A stretch of DNA of 58,925 nt, counting the filler, from Sphacelaria rigidula (taxonomy: Eukaryota), in assembly GCA_964200075.2 (NCBI GenBank). It is 7 parts of 7 records of this genome, joined end to end, with 100 filler letters (N's around TTAATTAATTAA, not from the genome) between each part and the next. Parts side by side here need not be neighbours in the genome. Positions count along the whole stretch, not along the records: positions 33,730 to 42,061 come from CAXNAA020011495.1; positions 42,162 to 50,493 come from CAXNAA020011496.1; 5 more parts are not named here. One strand, given 5' to 3'. Position 1 is the first letter of the stretch. The number at the start of each line of letters is the position of its first letter. The notes beneath the pieces were generated by a model that saw nothing but the letters and a program-made list of their open reading frames with translations, was not told the DNA's origin and did no database searches. A program made the translations under genes and the position numbers. This document shows, piece after piece, positions 37,101-49,218 of the stretch.

Positions 37101-37380
37101 TAGATGCCAGGCGTTGAACAAATTATAACTCTGGAAGACACCATTGTCCTTGAATTTCGTCAACATACGCACTTCAATGAATGCACAGGTTACCCTGTGG
37201 GCGCGGAGCCTGGATCAGCGGGAATGTCGGATCAGCTACTTAACTGCGGGCGCTAAAATGGCGAGCCCGCAAACGCCGGCACCCCCGTTTTGCTAACCCC
37301 ACTCGTATTGCAGATATGTTTCTTTGCGAGCTTCCAGCGCGGAAGCAAAACCATTCCTGCGCGGAAGCAAAATCACTCCT

Positions 37381-38140
37381 ATACCTAAGCTGTATATTAT
37401 TTACGTGCTCCTATACGGGTTTTATCTTCATTGGAGTTTGGGCGCATATTTTCTGGGATCTCAGACGCATTCTTGTATAGAGTAGAGACTCGCCTCCATC
37501 GAGCCGTTCGGTTGAATTTTCGGAATATTTTCTCCTCCGTCATGGATTGCAAAGGTGCAGGGGTATGCATCACCTGGCTTGCCACCGTATAGGAGTAATT
37601 CTAGGTCTAGGATGGCATTCCACAACGCAAAAAAAGCTTAGCTGGATATGAGCAAACGCTCGGAAGACAAGTTCACCCAGATGTACGCAATTCGCCTGTG
37701 GCATGTTGTGTACAAGATTGCCTCTCAGACGCAGCACATGCCAAGACAGTTGAGGACATGTAGGTTCGGTGACGCCTGTGTAAATTTTTCTGCTAAGGAG
37801 CCTACGTGGAAAACCAAACTTACCTCATCTAGCGATCCCGGGCTGAAAATGGGAAGGAAGCAATAAAATGGCCGCAAGCACGGGGATCTCCTGTTGTGGC
37901 AAACCGTCGGCTCCACGTCGAATGGGGGACCTCTGCAGTGAAGTTAATGAAAACTTGAATTAAATTACTTCAATAATCGGTCATTTTCTGCGTCACGAAC
38001 AGCAAAAAATCCAAACCAGTGTTACGCCAGGGGTTAGTGTCACGTTTCCCGCCACCAACCCCAAAATGAAGACGCGACGGAGTCTAGGACGTTTACAGAA
38101 GGTTATATAGCAACTAAAGCAATACACAGCTGTAGCATAT
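37381..38140. mobile_element. Possible MITE with degenerate TIRs
   Basis: Left ATACCTAAGCTGTATATTATTTA versus reverse complement of right end ATATGCTACAGCTGTGTATTGCTTTA. Confidence 0.35.
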
Positions 38141-38814
38141 GTCTTAAGCTACCTTCTGATCGCAGTCTGGCTCAGTTCCACCCAGTACAGCTCACGAACC
38201 AGCGATGGATACCCCTTAAAAAAGTTGTAACTATTTGTACAAGCAAAACCGTCATTTTCCAACATGCCCGTCCTTCACGCGACAGAAGATTACTCACTAC
38301 TGACGAACGTTACAAAGCCGAAACTCTATAGGCACGTACTACTAGGCACTAGCCGTCGTTCAAGCCCTGGCAGACTTCAATTGAGTGTCGAAACAGTGCA
38401 ATACTTATTAAATGATCTCCACTTCAACCCGACTTCCAATTTTTAGATAAAAGTTTTGGCCGCCAAGAAGTGGAAAACTGGTAGGTACGCGTTTTATCTA
38501 CACAGCGCAATTTGATTTGTGTCGATAGCTGCCATGTGCGTCGAGATATTGCCATCTCGATGACGGGTGTTAGAACATGTGAGGTGCGGCGCGGAAACCC
38601 ATCGGGTCACATGTGATCTCCACATTGAGCAGGTAGTAATTAAGCCGCGTCCACTTGGTTTGTAGCGTGGGCAATATCTTCTCTCGCAAGCATACATGTA
38701 ACAATTAACATTGCCCGCCAGTGGGAAAGACGTTCCAGACATGTGCTTGTTATAGTCGCTGGGGCGGCGCATGAAGTGTGCTTACGGGATCGAAGCGCAA
38801 GGTGTAAACGCACA

Positions 38815-38815
<1 letters not shown>

Positions 38816-38881
<66 letters not shown>
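38816..38881. repeat. (GATT)n microsatellite
   Basis: About 16 perfect tetranucleotide units. Confidence 0.98.
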
Positions 38882-39043
38882 ATCTCACATTAGTTGGTTG
38901 CTACAATCCAGTCCGTGGTCAGGAGCAGCAGAAATAGAACAGAGTAGTAAAGACAAAGAAGAAAAAAAGGAACAGAAAAAGACAGAAGCAACGGCCTCAG
39001 AAAGGAAAGAAAGGGGACAGCGATAACAACAACAAGAAAACAA

Positions 39044-39098
39044 CACCACCGCCACCACCATCACCACCACCACCACCACCACCACCACCACCACCACC
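39044..39098. repeat. (CCA)n microsatellite in an A/C-rich low-complexity tract
   Basis: About 18 near-perfect units. Confidence 0.95.
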
Positions 39099-40167
39099 AA
39101 GCAACAACAAGAACGACAACGAAATAACGACAAACGAACACATACACAAACATAAACACAAGCACGAGCAACACAAAAAAATGATGACCGCGCATTACGT
39201 AGCTGACTGCAACACTCCAGCTCGTGATCAGAGAAAAAAAAGGAGAAGAATGAAAAACACGAAAGAAAAGAAACACTAACGGTCTGCCGATTCCTTGTGC
39301 CGCCAGTGGTACTAACCTGTCGGAAACAAAAGAGAGATGCCACGGAAACTGCTTCATGGTTTGCTTCGAAGCACACGTAGTCACATCTACTGTGCGGTGT
39401 GATGGGAACCGAAGTTTGGTGGGCAATAATGAAGGGTTAGGGACGGGAAACATCATCTGATGTTCCTCCAGCGTGCAGCACCTGGAACCTCTGTTCTGTG
39501 ACATGGAGGATGGATTACGTGTTCCATCTTCATCACGTACCCGCCCCCCCCCACCATGACCACAGAACATGTACACATCGGACCCCAGAAATTCAGTCAT
39601 CGGATTTCAATCTTGTATGGCATGCAGAAACTGGTGATAACTATCGGTACGCGAAGGAATGCAGATACATTTTTAAGAAAATGGTCCACATATATGAAGA
39701 TTGTAATAAACCGACTTATCATCGTCAATGAAAACCGTTGTCCTCCATTTTCACGATCAGTTGTTATCACACCAAATATTCGTGGCGGTTCGCCCGCTGT
39801 GTAGAGCGCTATGAACGCCGCCTCACGACTGGAGTCCACGCGCGTGTGGTGGCCGTGTTACACAGTATTCCATAAGGTTCTCTGCAACACCACGTCTTGA
39901 TCATCATTTTCGCTTTATTAGTCGTTCGTTTCACTAGTATCATGCATTATCTTGAGATACAACGGGCGGTTCGCCCAAGGGTGTCGCCGGACGATCCGCG
40001 GTAGACGTCTGCACACAAGGACGCACTGCATCAGGCACTCTATAACGTCCCCATCAACCCTACGCACGGGTTATAACTTCTGTCTGCAAAAGATAACTCC
40101 CACGGTTACTTATACCTACGCAACTCATCTGCAAGAAACATGTCTACGACTTTCGATACATGTGCAA

Positions 40168-42000
40168 TCAAAACGCGAATTCGTCGTCGTGGTCTTTACC
40201 CGCTTCCGATGCCGAATCCTCTTCCTGTGAGTCACTACACTCGGAGTCCGAATCTCCAAGCCAGATCCCGGCTGAATGCTTCGATCCGCCCTCCGGCGGA
40301 TCATCTAGACCGCCGTCGCAACAACTGCGACTGTTAGGATCTGGTCCCGGATCCGATTTCTCTCCCGCTACACTCGCCACCCTCTCGCCATCTCGTCGGC
40401 AGCACTCTTCACCACGACTACTATGAACACCTGCCCCCGGGGCCTTCCTCGCTCTCTTCGCCTGCCCCCCGCCACGCAACGCCGCTGACCCGCCCCTTCC
40501 AAGGTTCGTCGTGGATCCGCCCCTTCCCTTACGACGTCGGCGGGACGTATCGACATTTCCTCCGGCGGAATCACCTGTAGCAGTAGCGTCGGGCGCTGGG
40601 TCAGGGGGTGGCGGCAAAAAGCAGCGGCCCTGGCAACCGCAGCTCAGCGTACAATTCCCCAAACATCTGCAACTTCGGCACCGGTGACGTCTTTGCGCCG
40701 CCTTTTCCGGCTTGCACGCGTATCTCAGGGTTCGCACAATCCCGGATGTATTGACATACGTGTGGCTTGACAAGTATACAACTATGTTGTCCCGTGTAAG
40801 CTCCACCGCCCCTCTGCTCGCCGCCTTTACCCCACCCTTGTGGTGAGTCTTTTTTTCTGGTTCAACGCCCCATCCGCGCCCGTTGAAGTTCACTGTGGGC
40901 ATGCTCATCCCAAAGCCCCCCCCCCAGTATTCCAATACTGCGTCGGCCTTATCCACGTGCTACTGGTAGGCGTCCAAGTCCGGGCAGCACCGGGAAGACA
41001 TGTGCCCATGTACTGTGGTGATGCACAGACGAATTTTGTTCACGAAATACTCCAGATTCTACCCGGTCGTGGTTAAGAGATGTCCAGGATCCGCGGCGAC
41101 TTGCGCAAATGCGTTTTCGTACCTGAAGAAAACGATCGTGGCCAGTAGCTTGACCCCCTCGTGCACCTCTACCCTCGCCTTACCCTCGCTGATGACCACT
41201 ATCGCTTTCGTGAACAGATTCCGCGTTCTCAGTGCCTTCAGAACGAATTCCCATATCTTGGGGAAAGGAATCCCGAATACACGCGGCAGGAAGTCGCAGC
41301 CAGCCAATAGATAGGTGAAAACGAACAGCGCCACCTTTACAGGATGCGTGAGCCAATCATACAGTCCGTCGGGAGGCCACGCACTTTCGCTCCCGTCCCT
41401 CAGAGTCACGATGGCGCTGTACACCCTGTTCACCAGTATGTACCGGGGGCCTCCGTTCACTATGCGTTTGACAGTTACCTGCACTGCGTTGGAGCCTTGT
41501 GGCTCGATATGCCCGCAGGACATGGCCAACAGGACAAGTATCCACTGATCAGTATCAGTGGAACTCACGAGCCATTTCTTCAAATGCTTCTGAAATAACG
41601 TCCCGGAGTGAATGATGAAGTGCACTGCGGACATCTCCCCCTCACCTATGCCGGGTCCGACTGCGCTATGGATGTTCCGGTCAGGTCCCTTGCCATCACG
41701 CCACCACAACATATGGGATTGCAAGTCACCAATGGAACGGTGCCCCCCCCCCGCACGTGGTGAATATGGTTTTGCTGCCGCCGCTGTGTCCACGTTCCCG
41801 CTCTCTGATGACGCCGCGAGAGATGAAGGTGGAGTCGTCCGGACCCCTCCGCCGGCGCCGACACTAGCGCGTGGCGCCGCCGCCGCCTCACCTGTTCCCC
41901 TGCCTGTCACCACCTCAAGATATGTCCGCGGGGGCGCCCTTGCCAGATCGCTGCAATCGAAACCTCCGCCGGCCGCAGCTGCCGCCACCCGCGGCACCGC
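40168..42000 (-). pseudogene. Intronless XRN/FEN-like PIN-superfamily nuclease with C-terminal Cys-rich CXC-like motif, two in-frame TAG stops, 5' end beyond the contig
   Basis: ORFs 41059-41997 and 40168-40956 are in one frame, split by TAG at 41061-41059 and 40962-40960; motifs PGIGEGE, VSSTDTD, YLLAGCDFLP, CPDLDAYQ*HVDKA...YW...GW, CKP...CRSCRCLGNCTLSCGCQGRC. Confidence 0.8.
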
Positions 42001-42061
42001 CGTCCCCCCCCCCCCCTCCCCCGGCCGATGCCGCCGCTAAATTGCACCCGCTGGCCCCCAT

Positions 42062-42161
42062 NNNNNNNNNNNNNNNNNNNNNNNNNNNNNNNNNNNNNNN
42101 NNNNNTTAATTAATTAANNNNNNNNNNNNNNNNNNNNNNNNNNNNNNNNNNNNNNNNNNNN
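42062..42161. other. Artificial contig spacer
   Basis: N44-TTAATTAATTAA-N44. Confidence 0.99.
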
Positions 42162-42678
42162 CAAAACAAATTTGGACAATCTTTGAGAAACTAAGAAATT
42201 ACGGATTCTGCAAACTCCTGACGCTGACTACTGTACTGCACTGCGCTACGATAGTCGGAAGTCCATGTGTTGTGCACTTTGTCCAGAGCACACCCCGGCA
42301 TTTTTGTTGTTGTGTTTCTGTGCTGCTCTTCTCTCCTGGGCGTTCTTTTGAGTCAGCTGCGGGTACGACTCGCCATCCGCTCGCTCTTCACGAGTCAACA
42401 GGTGCATCAGGACGGTAGGGACTTCAAGTTGCTTCGAGGCAAAGTCAGAGCATCAAGGACGACAAACTTCTAGTGATCGCTAGGAAACGCAACTGGCAAA
42501 CCTCAGCGAAAAAAACTCCAGGATACGATGCAAATGGAAAATCTGAACGGCAAAAGTCCAGGATCGGATCCAAATGATGAGCTCCGACGGCAGATTTCGA
42601 GGATATGATGTAGCTGGGAAATCTGGACGGCAATTTTTTCTAGGAAAATGAAGCAAAATCGTTTCGGCCACAAACTTC

Positions 42679-43298
42679 CACACGCCGAATAGCTCATGAG
42701 TTATCTGATTATAACCCCTCATTAGTATAGCTCGGAAATGGCACCAGTTATAACCGGCCACTATCATCATAATGGTAATAATGATAATGGTTATATGGAA
42801 ATTCTGGATAATGGTTTCAAACCATTATTTACCGTTACCGGTTTTGTAAGCCCATACCGGCTACGTATGCTACATACAGCCCTTGAGAACTGGCCCAATT
42901 TCAACGTATTTTTGAGCTCGAGTGAAGCCAAATCGTGTAAAATCGCGCCTTCGCCATGGTGTCTCCAGCGGGCCCTCCTCTGCCGGAGGGGGGGTTGGCT
43001 CTCGCGGCTGCGCCCGCTTTATGATCACACCATTGTGTACCATTTAACTGGTTAATGAGTGCGCTACGCGTAACCATTCAACTGGTCAATGGTTAGACAA
43101 ACCATTTCCGAGCTTTACTTATTAGTGTACTGATCCGGATAATGAGCTAGCTCATTTGGCTTCGTTGATTACATATTTTCTCCCTACAGCGCTGGACGCC
43201 GAGCACGCGGAGTCACGCTTAGATAGCACTTCGGCTTCTCAGACCCTGCTGTCACGTAAATAACTATTATAGGTAGCTCATGAGCTGTCCGACGTGTG
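42679..43298. mobile_element. Second CACACG-TIR non-autonomous transposon (620 bp)
   Basis: Left CACACGCCGAATAGCTCATGAGTTATCT versus reverse complement of right end CACACGTCGGACAGCTCATGAGCTACCT; flanks CAAACTTC (42671-42678) and CCAACTTC (43299-43306). Confidence 0.8.
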
Positions 43299-43822
43299 CC
43301 AACTTCTCCCTCCCTCTCCATCAAAAAAAGGGAGAAAAGAAAAAAAGGGGGGAGAAAAACAAACTCCTTCATGCCTCAACAACCTTGGGTACTGTATACT
43401 TACTCTCTCTGTCCCATAGACTATGGCCCCACGAGTTTACAAGGGGCGTTCACCCCAACGGCACGTGTGCACGACACTAAAGTTGGTATTCTTGGAAAGA
43501 CAACAACACAGGGGAATCCGATGAAAAAAGTTGAAGAAGGAAAAAAACGAAGTATATTTTTGGTTGATGAAAGTTCGGATCCAACTGGACCCAATGTTGA
43601 TCATTCCTCGCTGCTCCGTTACACACCGTGGACAATAGATCGCACCGTCAAAAAGTATGCTGCGTAGAGTATCGACTATTGTATTTACTACATTTGACAG
43701 CAGATTCCATGTACTGTACGCAGGAAGTACACTTTTTTGACAATGTAATGTATCGTCCAGGGTGTGTTCCGTTTCGAGGCGCGCGTGCCGTGCGTGCCGC
43801 ATCACAAACTGGCCATCCTTAC

Positions 43823-43910
43823 CTGCTGATGCGAAAGCGCGTCGGTACTCTTGAAGGCCATGAGTTCCAGCAAGTGACAAACGCCCGTGTTGTCATCTGT
43901 TTCCAACCGA
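43823..43910 (-). CDS. Mitochondrial processing peptidase alpha subunit (peptidase M16), exon
   Basis: CAG acceptor, GTAAGG donor; phase 2 in completes Ser; RLETDDNTGVCHLLELMAFKST. Confidence 0.92.
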
Positions 43911-44061
43911 CTGTCGCGCATTCGGATCGGGTGTGCACCCGTGCAGACAAGAGACGACGCAAGCGAGAGGTCAACAATAAACAGGAGACCGATCAGTGAG
44001 TGTACCGTGCGAAATTCCCAACATCTAGTGACGAAAAAATACATAAACATGCGGGACACAT

Positions 44062-44370
44062 CGGTCGTCCCGGTGGCTCCGCTGGAAACCCCGACACCTT
44101 CTGACCGTTAGGACGTGGGTTCGAATCTCGGTGAATTTACACGATTTAGGATTCTGTCTCGCATCTTGCACGGGCAGCAGTGGAGTCGAGGTCATGTGAT
44201 GAACGTACCCGTGACACACCAAAACTGAAATACTCGCTCAGGAAAAAGGAAAAACAGAAAAGGTGGTATAGATCAACAGAGCGGACTAACAAAAAAAAGG
44301 GGAAAAAAAGGAAAAAATTTAAAAGTGAGGGGGGGGGGAGGGAAAAAATGGCCGGTCTCTGCCACATGGC
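44062..44370 (+). mobile_element. SINE with family-1 tRNA head joined to a family-2 body
   Basis: GGTCGTCCCGGTGGCTCCGCTGG A-box region and GGTTCGAATCTC (44118-44129); after CAGTGGAG (~44185) the sequence matches 12845-12995 instead of the family-1 body. Confidence 0.6.
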
Positions 44371-44989
44371 TTCGAGTAAAACGATATAGGTGAAAACGAA
44401 AGTTCAAAAGTGAGGAAGATCTCTTGAGTCGATCCTCGGGAAGATACCGACGGGCGTAGGCGGTGTGGGCTCACCTCCCCCATGTTCGGCGCACGAAAAA
44501 GCGATGGTTGACACATAAACTCTGCATTTGTCGTAACGCTAACCCGAAATCTCCAACCCAACGCAGCAGACCGAGAACCCATGGGCAAACGAAAGTTGCA
44601 TAGAATACCCACAGGCGAGCTGTGCTTTGTTTGAGGGAGTTGTTGCGCACACTACGCGCACGCGGAGCGAGCGCTCGGGACCGGGATTCAACCTGGTGAG
44701 GGTCTAAACATGATGGTCTACAATACACAAAAACTAAGTGTATATATATATATATGGCCCTGCCTCCAGTAGCCCGAATGGTCGCCTGTGGCACTGGAAC
44801 TCATGAGGTTAGCACTGTTTATTTTTAAATTGTATCGCGTCTATTTGATTTTTTTTTAGTCCGGTTTTATTTTCTTCATTCGATTATACCTTATTTTGGG
44901 TAGTTAGCGCATGACATCGGAAGGCGTCCGCATCAGATGCCCAGTTCGGGGTACTGGACAGACATGGGAACGGCATATAATGTGAAGCC

Positions 44990-45740
44990 ACCAGGAACAA
45001 CAAAAACAACAGCAACAAGATATCAATCATCGCTTGTTTCATCTAAACCGGGGGTAAACTCTGTTGGGGTGAGAGAGGTGCGTTTTACAAACGGTCGCGC
45101 TTATATTTCCGTTTCGCTGCGAGAAGGATATTCATGGGAACAAAAGCCGACCGGAATGTTACCCATTCCAGGAGTGGCCCAATGTGCGATGTACATCCAG
45201 CCACGGCTGAGTGACTGGTTTGCTATCGGACATGTTGATCATGTGATGGGCGTTTCCATGTACATTGACGGAGGTCAACTATAAAAAGAGAAGTGGCGTT
45301 TTCACGAACGACTGGCCCGCGCGGAAGCTGTGTGGAGGCTCTAGCTCTAGCTGTAGAGTCTGAATTGGTGGATGAAGTACGGGGCACACAGAGATTGCCT
45401 AGGGTCGAGACTTCCCTCTCGAAGGAACGGGGTCAGCTACAGCAAGCTTCCGCATAAATGGAGGAAATTTCTTCGTGGCAGATGCCCAAGGGAACGAAGT
45501 TGTAGAACGGAAGGAAAGACGGAACCGTGCTCTCGACAATAAAAATAATAAGAACAGAAGCAACGCCAACAATCAAGTACGGTACAGTACAGTCAAAGGT
45601 GATCCAGGTTGTCTTCAAGCGGTCCTTCGTGAAAAAGCGGGCAGACTGAACTTGCAGTGGGACATAATTTACTTGGTAACGACCAGTCAGGTCGCTCCAT
45701 TCTACTTGGGAAATACCGGGAGAGCACTCCAAAACCTAGT
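44990..45740 (+). pseudogene. Degenerate Ty1/Copia RT-RNase H remnant inside the MPP-alpha intron
   Basis: SKPGVNSVGVREVRF, LSDWFA...G...GGQL, VAFS, ALDNK...NANNQVR, VLREK...IIYLVTTSQVA in Copia order. Confidence 0.45.
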
Positions 45741-47008
45741 GATCGTGCGTCCAATCTCATAGCGTGTTATAACACGAAACAGTATAGATAGTACAGTATA
45801 CTACACCGAACACAATACAGTAGTACAGTACACGGCCCCAACGCACAGCACCAGCAGGAGTGTCGCAGCAACGGACAGCGCCTTGTTCATTTTACGGAAG
45901 ACGAAACAGCCAACACACAATAAAGTTTCCAACAGTGTGCAGCCAGCACTGCGTGCCGAGTAACACTGTTTCCGCTGAGACTAACACAACGACAACACCG
46001 TAGCTCATGCAGTCCAAACCGTCTTCGCAATGCGTAAACACGCCACGACAGTACAGGTGGTGAAAGCTCCAGGACACGAGAGGGCTTGAGTGTGTGTTTT
46101 GCTGCGGTACAGTAGTGAAACAGGACACGTCCAATGTTTTGATTCTCCGCCTGATTTTTGGCAGGTCCTCAATTTTGGGCGAGTGCTGAATTTGAACGCT
46201 CAACCATAGTCGCGATTCTTTCAATTCACTCATCTGTGTGTGGGAGGTCTAGCTAGTGATGCGGGCTCGCCCGCTAATTTAACTAAGTAAATTCTGTCCA
46301 GGTACATCTTCAGTTTGCCAAAAAGTGCGTGCGCGTCCAACATTCGCAAAAGAGAGAGATTTTGACGCAATAGCACGATCACGCCTCGACACGTTCGTTT
46401 TTCGCCGACAACAAAGAGACGACCGCGGTAAACAATTTTTCCGGCGCGATCCGGATCATGCCCGCTCAACAGGTTCGCTACATTTTTGTGTTGTTGTTGT
46501 GACCCTCCCTTCTATCTCCCTCCTTGTTCTGGGACGTGTCTGAAGCCTCCAGCAATCAACCCTGATCTCTCCCGTGGTACACTGCCTGCCCATTAATAGC
46601 ATGTTGCTATACAAGCTTGGCCAGCCAAAAAGCTCTCACAGCCATATCTCATCGACACAGACGAAATAGGTCGTGATCCGCATATCACATCAATCGTCTG
46701 ATCAAGGGAAATATGCTCATTTGCTAAAAAAATCTGGGTCAATATATTTTCGTTGATTAAACGCCATGTCTAGTAATTCCTATACCGTACGGAGATAGGA
46801 TCCATACTCAACCCCGAACGATATATTCAGCAGATGGTGACAATTTTTCGTGTGAACATTCGCTGGGAAACGAGGAGACGATCGATACCCTCATCTTCAC
46901 GTAATTTGTCATCTATTTAGATATATGACGCACAAAATATTTCATACTAAACTCAACATATTGCGAATGGATGCACTAAATGCGCTAAATCTGAATTCCA
47001 CGTCTCAG

Positions 47009-48148
47009 TTTTTGAGAGTTGTGCAATGAAATTCGGTATGGAGAATCGCTAGGACACAGCAACAAAGCAATTCGGCCTTTGGAGTCGGTTTTTTTCGTTT
47101 TTTAGGCCGCTCCTTATGGCAGAAGAAAATAAAATTGTGGGAAAGTGCCTTTTTGGAGCTTTCACGTCGGTTTTACGCCTTAAAAGAGAGCTCGGTGGAT
47201 TTCGACAGTTGGGATGCCTTGCTGTACTCGTTGAGACGCTTCCAGCACACCTGTGCGTTTTCTCGGTGACCGCAGTTTCTTTCTTGCCGAAACTTGAACT
47301 TTTTCGGAGACCGGTCAAGTCCAGACAAATCTTGTACTTTTTTATGGCCTTGACCGGTCTCGAAGAAAAATGACCAGTCTCCGAGAAAAATGCAACTTGG
47401 GCAAGAAAACCACTGCTGCCACAGGTGTGCTGGAACCGTCTCAACGAGTACAGCGAGGCATTCTAAGGAGCCAAAATCCGCCTAGCTCTCTTTTCGAGCG
47501 TAAACGACGCAGAAGCTCCCGAAAAGGCATGTTTATAGTATCTTATTTTGTCTGCCATAAGGAGCGGCCTTCGGGGGCGTTTCAAGGAAAAATGGACATT
47601 GATTTTGGACCTCATCTCAGTTTCTCGGCTCAATTTTGGAATTGTGATTTGAAATTGAGTATGGAGAATTGCAACGGCATACTGAAAATAAAAAGTGGGT
47701 CAACATTATTTTTCCTAAGTTAACGGCGTTATCGTAAATAAATTGTCTTCTTTGCACTAAAACGACCTCAACTCATGAAAACAAAATGATGCGTCCCAAT
47801 TTATTGTTGCATTATGTCCTAGTGATCCACACAAAATTTCAAAGCCTGGGTTGGGAGATGGCCTGCAAATTGTTATTCCAAATTTCGACCGGCCAAAACT
47901 CCCAAATCGCCCGTTCTCACCTAAATTTTGAGAATAGGCCGTTCAAAGTTGGTTTTGAGAATGGCTAGAACATGATAAAAAATAAGTTTTGGGACCAACA
48001 GTTTTTTCATGAGTTACGGACACGTTACTGAAATCTGGATCAAGATTGTTGTCCGTAACTTATGAAAGTATATGTATATTGCCCCCGAAAAATCGTTTTT
48101 CAGTTATAGCAATTGTCCATACCGAATTTGAAAGTCCAACTCTCAAAA
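47009..48148. mobile_element. TIR element (~1.14 kb) containing a ~390-bp foldback palindrome (47142-47530)
   Basis: Left TTTTGAGAGTTGTGCAATGAAATTCGGTATGGAGAATCGCTA versus reverse complement of right end TTTTGAGAGTTGGACTTTCAAATTCGGTATGGACAATTGCTA; internal palindrome related to 24546-24946. Confidence 0.75.
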
Positions 48149-48499
48149 TTAAAGTAACAACGAGCCTGCAACCTACAGGTCTGCTTCTAGGCTGGCCAAG
48201 CTCGTAGTAGCGAGATTTCAGATCAGCACTTTTTCACATCCCGCCTTTTCTCATTCCATTTTTTCCCCACTTTCGCCAACACTGGCTCCCACTTCTTCGA
48301 ACGCGACGCAAATGAAAAGGGGAGAAAAAAGGAATACTCCGTGCTCGGGAATCGAAACCGACCCACAAAATCCGCTCCAAAACAATCATCATTCCGTGTC
48401 GGCTCAGCCGTCGGGGCCCGGCGTGAACGGCAACAAAGAACATCCCTGACGAGAGGGCGCCGCAGAACCCCCGCCGCGATATGTGAATAAACTACGTAC

Positions 48500-48738
48500 C
48501 TCCCCGCGTCAATGATGATCCCGCACGAGCACAGTGCTCCGTAGGTCTCCTGGGATGCTACTCTGAGCCCGTTCGGTAGGAGTGTGGTGAGCGTCTCTGG
48601 TCGCTTCAGCGCGCCCGCCGGTTTAAGGGGCGGCAGTCCAGGGAACGGTTTGTCCATGGCGAACCTCCCTTTTCGTGCGTTGAGCATGGCTGACTTGTCG
48701 ACGGTCTTACGAGTCTTGGACGACGAGTACAACACCAC
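48500..48738 (-). CDS. Mitochondrial processing peptidase alpha subunit, upstream exon
   Basis: CAG acceptor, GTACGT donor, 239 nt, phase 2 out; DKPFPGLPPL...ETLTTLLPNGLRVASQETYGALCSCGIIIDAG. Confidence 0.93.
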
Positions 48739-49043
48739 CTGCTGTGTGATGACATACGGATGCACGGTTGATTGCTTGATTGTCTCACTTCAATTGATCC
48801 CCCACAGGTCACATGATAGACGTGCCCGAGACAAAAAACAAAAATGAAACACCCGCCGAAGAAAAGTGGAGAATAAAACAGAAAAGCCTATAATGGAAAC
48901 ACGTCAATGTACGTACGCGATCGAAAAAAGCAAGGATATACACCACACCGCGCCCCGGTGGTCTAAATTAAAACGGTACAACAAAACCAACGCCAGCGCT
49001 CAAGATCAAGGGTTCCGAATCTCGGCAGATGCGGGGGATTTTA

Positions 49044-49218
49044 CGACTAGCGTCTGACTAGCGTCTGACTTCCGTCGTTGCAAACGTGAGCGCGCGATTG
49101 ACGAAGAAACTCCATTTGACAACAGTCGACGCGATGCGAAAGTAGCGATCCCATTCGCGATACTACCTAAATGTTGGGCGTGTGCCGAGGTGAAGATGCG
49201 TTGATCCCTTGAGACCAT
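49044..49218 (-). CDS. Possible first exon of MPP-alpha encoding a mitochondrial presequence
   Basis: Arg/Ser/Ala-rich, acid-poor MVSRDQRIFTSAHAQHLGSIANGIATFASRRLLSNGVSSSIARSRLQRRK just upstream; only weak phase-0 donors seen, boundaries uncertain. Confidence 0.3.

Noticed and set aside
38885-39600. Val-rich and Trp-rich ORFs
   Set aside because: Produced by the (CCA)n microsatellite and A-rich low-complexity sequence
33730-42061. Endogenous giant-virus (phaeovirus) insertion
   Set aside because: No capsid, polymerase or other NCLDV core motif recognised and gene density is low; a viral origin of the PIN gene alone is not excluded
45482-45576. AG/GT-bounded plus-strand exon candidate
   Set aside because: Lies antisense in the MPP-alpha intron and fits the Copia RNase H remnant
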